DNA of 20,000 nucleotides from Perkinsus olseni (Eukaryota): NCBI GenBank assembly GCA_013115125.1, contig JABANN010000018.1, positions 113,404 to 133,403 of the forward strand, read 5' to 3'. Shown piece by piece: positions 11,480 to 20,000 of this stretch (position 1 is its first letter; each line of letters starts with the position of its first letter). The notes under the pieces were generated by a model. It saw only the letters and a program-made list of their open reading frames with translations, ran no database searches and was not told where the DNA came from. The position numbers and the translations under genes were made by a program.

Positions 11480-12334
11480 TCAGTAGCGGAGTTTGACTTG
11501 TCGGAGTGGTGAAACCAGGGACATTGGTTCGAAAACAACAATGTGGCCACAGGGGCTGATTTGATAGCGAGGTCGAGCCGCTACGGGAATCCGAGTGCTG
11601 GCGATCACTCTGGGAGGGCCGTGCAGTCCAACGTAGTAGAGAAGAAGTTTCTGCCTCTCAGAGACATCTCCTTCACGGGTCGATATTAGGACCACATCCG
11701 GTGTGACGAAACGAAAGGTGCAGGGGCGGCCATAGGTTCCATCGTACGTGACCCGCCTCGCAGGCTGGTCACCATCCCACAACAGGAACGCCTCATCATC
11801 CTCATCATTTCCTCGGGGCCACCAGAGTGCCCCCACCCTCAACACTCCCTCGGCTGTGACTGTTGCGTCGAAGCAATCGCAGTGGTTCACGTCATCGTAG
11901 GACAAGGAGCCGATCTTCATCCACTTGAGCGTTACAAGATGCAGTTCCCAGAGCTCCGCCTCCTCAGTGCGATGGGAGAGGAAGTAGAGATGGGTCTCAG
12001 ACGACCCAATACGGTACGTTATTCGGCTGGGAGGAAGCCCGGCGTCTCTCTTCTGGCCCGTCACGTACATGATCCAATAGCCGCACCTTCTTTCCTGTCC
12101 GTCTCCGAAGGGATAGAGCATGACATCGCAGCAGCCACCGGGATATCGGCGGGCACAGCACCTCGCTGCATCGAGGTCGCATTTCTTCGTCGTATCATCG
12201 AAGCCTCGGGGGTCTCGACGGCCGAAGAACTGCACAGTGAGGAAACGAGGGCCGATGAGTTGATGGGCAATCCTTTGGAATACACGCTCGCATGCCCGAA
12301 GGTCCATAGCCAGATTGGAGGCACCGCGGACCAT
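11480..12334 (-). CDS. Hypothetical protein, paralog B of a tandem pair; the ORF is open upstream to 12505 but the first in-frame ATG is at 12334
   Basis: Full-length similarity to paralog A; intronless from MVRGASNLAMDL to the stop at 11480-11482. An upstream exon cannot be excluded. Confidence 0.75.
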   Translation of the reverse strand: MVRGASNLAMDLRACERVFQRIAHQLIGPRFLTVQFFGRRDPRGFDDTTKKCDLDAARCCARRYPGGCCDVMLYPFGDGQERRCGYWIMYVTGQKRDAGLPPSRITYRIGSSETHLYFLSHRTEEAELWELHLVTLKWMKIGSLSYDDVNHCDCFDATVTAEGVLRVGALWWPRGNDEDDEAFLLWDGDQPARRVTYDGTYGRPCTFRFVTPDVVLISTREGDVSERQKLLLYYVGLHGPPRVIASTRIPVAARPRYQISPCGHIVVFEPMSLVSPLRQVKLRY

Positions 12335-12711
12335 GAAAGAGAACAACGAACGGCTCTGCAGAGGCGAGGAGACCTTCGAGTTCAACTCTACAGCAACAAG
12401 AGAGCATCCTTGCAGCAGCAGCAGCAGCCACCGGACCCAGCTGAGGATGTGAGAGGTGGGAGGATACGACTTATCATTATCCGTTGGTCTCGCCACTTCT
12501 CTCAATTGCAGCTCGTATTCTTACTTCCTACGAAGTAAGTGTTTATCCCAGAGATTCCATGTGCGCTGTAATTGAGTATCAACTAAACACCCTCGTTGGA
12601 TACAGGGTAAGAAAAGCGGTTCTGTCGTTCACTCAGTTGTTGTGGTTGTTGTGGTTGGTAGTGGTAGTACGTCGCGTGTAGACCACCAGGTCCCGCTGCT
12701 GCCAGCTAGGG

Positions 12712-14068
12712 TCAAACACTAGCAGCGTGCTGCTGGGCTCTCAGATCTTCCTCCTCTTCCCGCTGCTGTTGCTGTTGCTGTTCTTGAAGCCTCTGTTGTC
12801 GAAGCTTGAACTGCTTCCTCACGCCATCCCGAACGCTATAGTGGATCTTGAAGCCATACACCCTGACAGAGAAACCGCCTCCGTCACAGCAGGCGTCCTG
12901 AGCCATGCGACGACTCACGTGGGCTCGAAGGGTACCGCAGGGGAGGTAGGCCGCAGATGGGGGTATGCCATGAGGAACATGTGGCAAAAGGAGCTGGCAA
13001 AGTAGGCGCCGTCTATGACCTCCAACCTGTACAGGGCCACATTGAATGGGGACGGGCGTGAGTATACTCACCTGGCAGACCGAGCGAAGTAGATCTCGTT
13101 ACACCGTGGACAGTAGACCTTTGTACCGCACTGACCGGGCCGATCGTTACCATAGGGCAGGACCTGAAGGAGGAGAAGGGAATCCCAGGAAAGAAGCTTA
13201 GTCGGTAGCGACCACGGCACCGAGACTGAGAGATCGGGCTCAGGTATAGACACGCTGATAGCAGCGAGCTGCTGTGAGCTACTGAAGGCCCTACTCCATC
13301 TCTGTAATGGGGCGGTGTGCCGAGGTATCGAGGACTGGCTAAGCTACTACCGGTTGCTTGGCCTCTTCACAGTCCGCATTAGGGCATAACCCATAGGTAA
13401 AAGCTGAGTATTTATCAAGCATTGCCTGCATGCCCCGACTTGTCAAGAGAAACCTAAATACAAGGTATATCACAAAACAGACGACACGACCATACAATAA
13501 GGACACATCACCAAAGGAGGACGATAAACCAAAGATGAAAACGAAGACTCCGAGAGAAACGACGGAACGGTTTATAGCGGAAGCCCGGGCACTCACCTCG
13601 CATGGATCAGCCCATACAACATCTGTGCCGCGCTCTCTATAGCATCTTCCTTCGAGGTGTCCAGTTGACCGCTGTCTAGCTCCTCGTCCTCTGAAGAGCA
13701 GGAGCAGCAAGAATGATGGCCTTACAAGGCAGCGCTGTTGGCTTACCAGCGTCCAGTATGACATTAAGGGCATGATCATAATACGGCACAATATCCCGCA
13801 GCCCTGTGAGGTTGAAGTCATCCAAGACATAATCCTCGTCTACCTCTACGAAGTACCTGGGGGGGCGACACAATGGCCTCTCTCCAGCCACGACCCGCCA
13901 TTACTCGTTGCCCTTGCAGCGGCAGAACCACTCAATCCAGCTGACACCTTCGTCTTCGCTAAGATCATCCGATGCCTATCATAGAAGGAGCCTCGCTGCC
14001 GTGTACAAAGGAGAATCACCTCGATGACTCACCTCATCGGACAGACCCTCAGAATCGCTCTTTGACAT
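12712..14068 (-). CDS. CKB: Casein kinase II regulatory subunit beta; multi-exon
   Basis: Spliced: MSKSDSEGLSDE|ASDDLSEDEGVSWIEWFCRCKGNE|YFVEVDEDYVLDDFNLTGL, LYGLIHAR|FLLTSRGMQAMLDKY, zinc ribbon CPNADC...KVYCPRCNEIY, IDGAYFASSFCHMFLMAYP, VYGFKIH, then a Q/E-rich tail. TGA at 12712-12714. Confidence 0.95.
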
Positions 14069-14597
14069 GCTGGCGACTGAAACGAACAACAAGCCTTTGT
14101 GGGAGCGGAGAGAGGAATCTCATGTCCGTCGTTCACTGTCGCCGAAAGGGAGTACGCGGCTTCGCACTGAGCTGCAGCCGAGAGCTTTCCAGCTTTATCC
14201 CAGGCTTTCTTCGCACTCATTCTTTCAGCATTACACTCACGCATGATTCGAAAGCCTCTTCGCAAGCGGCAACTCACAGTTTGTATCAGATACACAGAGA
14301 AGACGATAAATGAATCAGCGCCAACATCCACAAGAGAGCACTACCTCCCCCTCCTGCTGCGTCACGCAGGGCCATCGAAATCAGTGATATGGAAGAGGGC
14401 AACGGAAAACTGCGGAGGAGTGATGAGAAGAGCGTAAGAGGAAAGCGAGAAAATACGACCCCATCATCCAAACGGGTGACCTCGGTCGCCAAGAGTTGAA
14501 CCCGGGTCTCCTGTATGGAATCCCAGCCCACTGCCCAACTCATCAAGGCCGGTTAAAGAAACTCAGGCACAATGTTAGTACTATCACAGTGATGATC

Positions 14598-17296
14598 TCA
14601 GAATCTCATTTTCTTGCCACATCTAGCCGTCGCTCGCGCCCTCGCTGAGAAACTGATGTTCTCGCAATCCAGAAGAATAACCTGCAAAATACAATAAGCC
14701 CGCATAACACTCCCTCGCTAGTCGTTGGTGGCAACTCTCACACGCCGCTGTACCGAGGCGAGAACAGCAAGCCGCAATCGAGCAAAGACGGCAGAGGTAT
14801 CCACAGCCGAACAGGGTTACTATCAAGACTGCTAGAATTGCCGAGCGGTGACTCACCTTCAGCTTGCCTTTCCGAGCGGCTACAGCATCAGCGAGTACCT
14901 CGGCGGAGATGTCAGTGAGGCCAGGATTTGCATTCAAATACAGGGACTCCAATGTACTGTTATCGTCCTTAAGGACCTGAGTCACGAAGCTAAGCATGTG
15001 GGACGCCGACCACTAGATGATATTAACGTAAGGAGCATCCCCACTCGTAAGTCACGCCACCCTACTGCCATCATCACATGCACGGCGGCCATTAGTGTGA
15101 AGCCGCTTTACAGGAGCGTTCGCGGCCTCAACCTATAAAACTGGTCAGCGGATGCTCAGGCGCTGGTCAGATTGCATGGGATCTTTCGGATGGGCCGTGA
15201 TCCCTCCCTGGGAGTACCTTCGCTAAGGCAACAACACCTTCATCGGTCAATTTGTTTTTCCGCATCTCCAATAGCCGGAGCTTATTATTGGTCTTCAGTG
15301 CTTCTGTAACGTAACCTGCCAACAACAGCGAACTCACCCAACTTCAAACCGGAAGGTCCCCGGTTCGATCCCCAGCACGTGTATAATACCTAATCCTTCA
15401 TCAGTCATATTGACCCCTGATACCAGCAGCGTCTCTAAAGGATGCCCATTGCTGGCTCGTCCAAGGACCTGCGCAAACGTAAACTGGCTCAGAACTCCAC
15501 CGCGGCACTTCAGAATTATTCGGGAGCACTTTTTGCTATTATTAACAATAACCAACCCTACAACCGACGGCGAGATTCATTCCCCGCTTGTTTGCAGGTA
15601 CACTTCCCCGCCGTCACTCTTGCTCCTTTGCGAAACGACCCCTTATGGTGCTTTATCATTGGCGAAAACTACCAGTGAAGAACCCAGGCTACAGCACCCC
15701 TGTGTTACATGCTCAGCTATCGCCTTTACTCCAAGGTCCCCCATCCTCGGGTTATTGTTAATGTCAAGCATCTCGCACTCCGCATTGTGGAACCTGACAA
15801 AGGCACGGGTCAACCGCTTCAACGCAGGAGTAGGACCCTCGATGACCACGATCACTACCGAAGCATCTTAGCAATGATGAGCGCATCCATGTCAGTAAGG
15901 TCCTTAGCATCGACGTGAATGAAGGCCTTATCACCCATCAACTGCCCAATGCGTTTCCTAACGAAAGAAGGCGTGCACTAACAGCAGTTTTAGAGGCACC
16001 AGCCTCAACTCAGCGAAGGCGCAGGAGTGATATGATATGATATGCTTTGCGAGCATAGAGGCACGAATCAAAGCACGGACAGCGAGTCTCCAATTCGCGA
16101 ACGGCCGGGAGCCATCTCCGCGCTAAAACCGTGGAGTCTCGAACCTCATCTTACATCCCAAGTTTCTCCTTCAACGCCGAGGCGAACTTCCGTGCGTTGC
16201 CCGACAGATCATACTGCACAGCAAGGCACTCGTCCGTGGAGCCCCCCGCCCAGTCCTCGCATTGCTCGATCACGAAGTCCGCTATTTGACCTGCCACTCC
16301 AGGCGATTACAGCAACCGTAGAGCTGCCTTAACCGACCAGGCTCTTTGACTTCCTCTGTGAGGTTTGCTGGCTCCGTATCTTGCGGCTTAGTGGGAACGA
16401 CCTCGAGCTTCATCCCAGCAACCGCGGGTGTCTGGCATGCCAGAGAGTTCCCTTCTACTCCGTCAAAGTGTACCTGCGAGAGCCGAGAATGTGTGGCGCT
16501 AAGGTAACGAGAAGCTGAACGATAATAACACTAGGCAAGACAACCCGTCTGCACGAGCACCATCCGCTCCTGTGTACTACAGAGTCGCAGTAGCCGGCGA
16601 GGTTGAACTAAACCCATCCAACGACACACGCAGACTGATGGAGCCAGGCATGTCCCACCACGATCATGGAGGACTATAGACCTCACGGGCTCTCTTCGAA
16701 GATACGTGGTGAAATAGACACGAGTCCCTTAGTTGCTTACCGTGCATTGCGTGCACTCCCCTTTGCCACCACACTCGCTCTCTATCGGTATCTTCATTTG
16801 CTGTAACATAGTCAAGACGCTCTTGTGAGTGAATGCTGGTATACTATTCCAATCATACCTACATTGTTACGGAACATCGGACGAGGTACGCCATTCCAGC
16901 AGGGTGAACCTGCGTGGCTAGACAGCACCGGAAGCTACAGTGCAGAGAACAACGCCGAGAAGGGCGCCGTCATGATGACTCGCATCTCAGCATCACACTA
17001 CGCAAATTTCGCCAACCTTCCAGCATCGGCAACAGTACCACACCAAGCGCAAAACACGGTCGTGTGTTCGCAGTGCCCGATCAACGTTCTGCCCAACAAC
17101 GGCGAGACCCCGGGGATTACTCTTTTCCATTGATGGTTATTATAGGCTTATCTTCAGGAGCCTCGCTCATCGTCATCCAGTGAGTGTCGGCCTTACCCTG
17201 CGGCGCTGGTGACGGTACTCTTCGCTTCTTACTCATCATCCGCACTAGAGCGCACCGGGGCGTGAAGGTGGGCAGCCTTTGGAGTGTAGACAACAT
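14598..17296 (-). CDS. Putative mitochondrial [2Fe-2S] (Fer2_4-like) plus leucine-rich-repeat protein, ~376 aa, 10 exons
   Basis: Exons 17121-17296, 16741-16858, 16338-16473, 16155-16290, 15859-15957, 15709-15793, 15390-15468, 15218-15315, 14857-14976, 14598-14681 sum to 1131 nt, all GT-AG and in frame. Fe-S motif: ECGGKGECTQCT|VHFDGVEGNSLACQTPAVAGMKLEV. LRRs include CEMLDINNNPRMGDLGVKAIAE, LRLLEMRKNKLTDEGVVALAK and LESLYLNANPGLTDISAEVLAD. Each half is well supported; their joining is less certain. Confidence 0.75.
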
Positions 17297-17586
17297 CAGC
17301 AGTGTCAATCAAAGAGGGAAGAATAGGGAGGACAAGAGGGAAGAAAACAGTAACTGTGTGAGCTCGTCTTGGCCATGAACTTGAGACTAATACCTGGCCC
17401 GCGCGATTGGAGTTGGCCTCCGATGCATCCACCCAGAAAGATACTTCACGCAACACCGTCGGACTTCAGTAGCTGCAGGACAACAAAAAGTACTCCCTCG
17501 ATAGCTAAAGAAATAGACAAGAGGAATTCTACAAACTTCCAGGGGTGGTCATCATCGAGAAGGGGAGAGGGATGCTTCGGTGGCCC

Positions 17587-19589
17587 TTAGCCCCAGAGCT
17601 CCTCCACTATCCTCTTCTCAGCCCTCATCTTGTCAACATCAGCGCCGATCGTGCGGAGAGCCTCGATGACACTTCGACCCATCGATTGGGTACCACATAT
17701 ATACACGTAAGCATCACCCTTCAACGCTTCCTCCAGGTCCGCCTTTGCCGTCGTCGTGACCAGATCCTGGACGTAAATTTTCTCAGCCTGCTCTCTCGAG
17801 AAGGCAGTGAAGAGCTTGCAGCCCGACTTCTCCGCGAACTCCTTGGTCTCGTCGGCATAGATCCAGTCCTTGTCCCGATACCGGCATCCGAAAAGCATTA
17901 TCTTCTTAGCGGCCGGTCGAGGCTTGATGCTGAGCTCTCTCATGAAGGCTCGCATGGGAGCAATACCAGTCCCTGCCGAAATCATGATGATAGGCGCGGT
18001 TGGGTTGGCCGGCAGTCTGAAGCTGGAGGCCCTGACCTGCACCCACATCTTGTCACCAGGCCTCGCTGATGTACACAGCTGTTGCGTGGTGACTCCTTTG
18101 AAGGGGCCCTTGCCGGATCTCTGATGGTGTATCAGACCAACCGTGGTTGATATCATTCTAGGGTGTTCAAGATTTGACGAAGAGATGGTATAGGCCCGGC
18201 ACTTCTGTCTGGGGACAATTTGCAGAAATTCCCCAATGCTGATAGGAGATGCCTTGAAGGTCTCGCAAGTAGCCTCAGTAACCGTGACAAGCTCACCCTT
18301 CCACTTCAGCAAGAGCTCATCAGGGTCCAACGCCCCAGCCTCAGTAGAGCACATATCCCTCACGAAGGCCTTGGTGGGATGACCATTGAGATCACAATAA
18401 AGCGTAAGGGCCTCCCGAAGCGTACACGGCGTCGGGAACGGCTTCTTCACGACAGTTTTAGTACACGACAAGGATCGCGTAAAACCCACGTACATGTCGA
18501 GCATATCTTCACACCCAAAACGTTCAGCAATAGCGTTGACTTCCCACTCCGGATTCCTGGGTAAAATCTCCAGATTGTCAGCAGTTCTGTATCGAGCAGC
18601 CGGCAGAGTAGAAATGTCAACATCTAAGTGGACAGTGGTGAGCCCCTCTTCAGGATTGGGCTCTTGACGAAGCTCCCGAATATCCTTCACAGTGGCCTCG
18701 TCCGCTGTGAAGTAGAACTTGGAGATCACGTCCATGCCACCACCGTGGACAGTAGCATCATAAGGCAAGTTGGTCTTGGCCTTCTCAAAATTGGCTACTA
18801 AGTTCAACTTGTTTCTCACGTCAGGCAATTCCTTCTTCCCGCCGACAGAAGCACTGGAGGCGCTGCGCTCTCGGATGCCCATCATCTGGGTCATCACGGC
18901 TTCCCACAGCCCCTCGTCCTTCCACTTGGCGAAGTCCTCATCAATATCCGCATCGTCATCACCCAAGCCCAGTTCGTGGATCCTGGTGGCTCCGAGCTCC
19001 GCCAGCTTGGAGTCGATCACAGTAGCGAAGTGGTTGAAGTGAACGTACTGCCGATTACCCAAACCCATGACAGTGAACCTGCATAACAGCAAAAGACCTT
19101 CACCAACACGATCGACCGTCGTCCAACAATTCCATCACGACAACGTCTCCCCCGTTATTACTTCATGTTCTCCAAGCAGCCCGGTTGAGCTTCCTTCGAG
19201 AGCCAGTTAGCAAACTCCGAGGCGTTATCGGTCGGATCTCCCTCGCCATACGTAGCAGCCAAAATAATGACGTTTTTCTGCTCGACGAAAGTGTCAGGAT
19301 CGAACTCCTCGAAGTCAACGGCTTCAGTGTGGAGGCCCATCTCCTGGGCTTCATCGGCGAGCTCATTGGCAAAGCCTTCAGCCGTGCCGGTTTGTGATGC
19401 AAAATAAATGAATATCTTATGGTCATCATCGTCAGGTATCTTTACCGCTGCTTCACCTGCGGGGACTTTCTTCTGGCCAGATTTCTGGTCTCGATATTTA
19501 TGATAGACGAAGTAACTGATGACAGCCAAGCCGGCAGTAGTGATGGCTGCGACTGGGAGTGCGTAATGGTCCGCTACACCTGCTGGCAT
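17587..19589 (-). CDS. CPR: NADPH-cytochrome P450 reductase-like diflavin (FMN/FAD) reductase with N-terminal membrane anchor, 639 aa
   Basis: Exons 19162-19589 and 17587-19078, one 83-nt GT-AG intron. Hydrophobic anchor ALPVAAITTAGLAVISYFVY; FMN motifs FASQTGTAEGFA, ATYGEGDPTDNA, GLGNRQYVHFN and LGLGDDD; FAD motif RAYTISSS; NADPH motifs MISAGTGIAPMRAF, LFGCR, AFSRE..KIYVQD and YICG; penultimate Trp. Confidence 0.95.
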
Positions 19590-19746
19590 CGGTAAAAATG
19601 ATAATGAATGAACACAAGTAGCTCAAGTTAAGGAGTGAATGACAAATCCTGATGAAACGAAATTACACGCGACAGTTGAGAACGTTTAAGTGGTCAGAGA
19701 CGATCCATCTACCACTGATTGTTGGGTCCTATACCGGATGGGTGAA

Positions 19747-19841
19747 GTACAAAATCCAAGGGAAAGGTACAAAATCCAAGGGAAAGGTACAAAATCCAAG
19801 GGAAAGGTACAAAATCCAAGGGAAAGGTACAAAATCTAAGG
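19747..19841. repeat. 20-bp tandem repeat (GTACAAAATCCAAGGGAAAG), 4 perfect copies plus one partial
   Basis: Units start at 19747, 19767, 19787 and 19807; the partial GTACAAAATCTAAGG starts at 19827. No spacers. Confidence 0.95.
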
Positions 19842-19940
19842 AAGCGCGTGCGGCAGGGAGGCAAAATCAACCGGAAAAACCCTGAACTGTGGGTGAAGGC
19901 AGGAACGGGGAACCAGAAACCCCTCCCGAACGTAGCCCTA

Positions 19941-19985
19941 CATCTGTACGTATTTTCATCCGTACGTATTGACATCTGTACGTAC
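19941..19985. repeat. 16-bp-period triple repeat CATCYGTACGTA with palindromic TACGTA core
   Basis: CATCTGTACGTATT at 19941, CATCCGTACGTATT at 19957, CATCTGTACGTAC at 19973. Confidence 0.85.
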
Positions 19986-20000
19986 AAATCGTCGCGCGCC

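Noticed and set aside
11882-12538. 218-aa plus-strand ORF (and similar antisense ORFs such as 17545-18069 and 15410-15871)
   Set aside because: Antisense shadows of well-supported minus-strand coding regions, with no independent motifs.
14029-14546. ORFs 14029-14331 and 14286-14546 as genes
   Set aside because: No motifs, and the first overlaps CK2 beta exon 1 in another frame; most likely intergenic/UTR sequence.
15337-15385. Functional tRNA-Sec or opal-suppressor tRNA gene
   Set aside because: There is no D-arm or acceptor stem, the anticodon and T stems are mismatched, and the variable loop is short; kept only as a degenerate fragment.
16282-16337. Fe-S protein ending at TAG 16282-16284 (...YGCCNRLEWQVK*)
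   Set aside because: A 47-nt GT-AG intron (16291-16337) of typical size removes this stop and opens a further 136-nt in-frame exon.
16151-19161. Stop-codon reassignment or frameshifting suggested by ORFs ending abruptly in TAA/TAG
   Set aside because: These stops coincide with phase-2 GT(A/G) intron donors; standard splicing restores the frames.
19747-19841. CRISPR-like array
   Set aside because: The units are directly adjacent with no unique spacers, there are no cas genes, and the context is eukaryotic; it is a minisatellite. The ORFs 19652-19885 and 19709-19987 merely translate the repeat.

Overview
Eukaryotic, intron-rich genomic window with many short (~45-100 nt) GT-AG introns and compact intergenic gaps. 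The style suggests a Perkinsus-like alveolate, but that is inference only. Every gene I can support lies on the minus strand. In transcription order (high to low coordinate) they are: NADPH-cytochrome P450 reductase-like diflavin reductase; a 10-exon gene encoding a mitochondrial-type presequence, a bacterial-like Fer2_4 [2Fe-2S] domain and RI-type leucine-rich repeats; casein kinase II beta; two intronless tandem paralogs of unknown function; a mitochondrial adrenodoxin/Yah1-type ferredoxin; 3-hydroxyisobutyrate dehydrogenase; an AlaX-type tRNA editing protein with a C-Ala domain; and a TruD/PUS7 pseudouridine synthase with an organellar-type presequence (3' end outside the window). Two short tandem arrays lie upstream of the reductase. 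The most novel-looking element is the [2Fe-2S]-LRR fusion, which only appears after manual splicing and is invisible in the ORF track. All gene models were spliced by hand and are unverified by transcripts.
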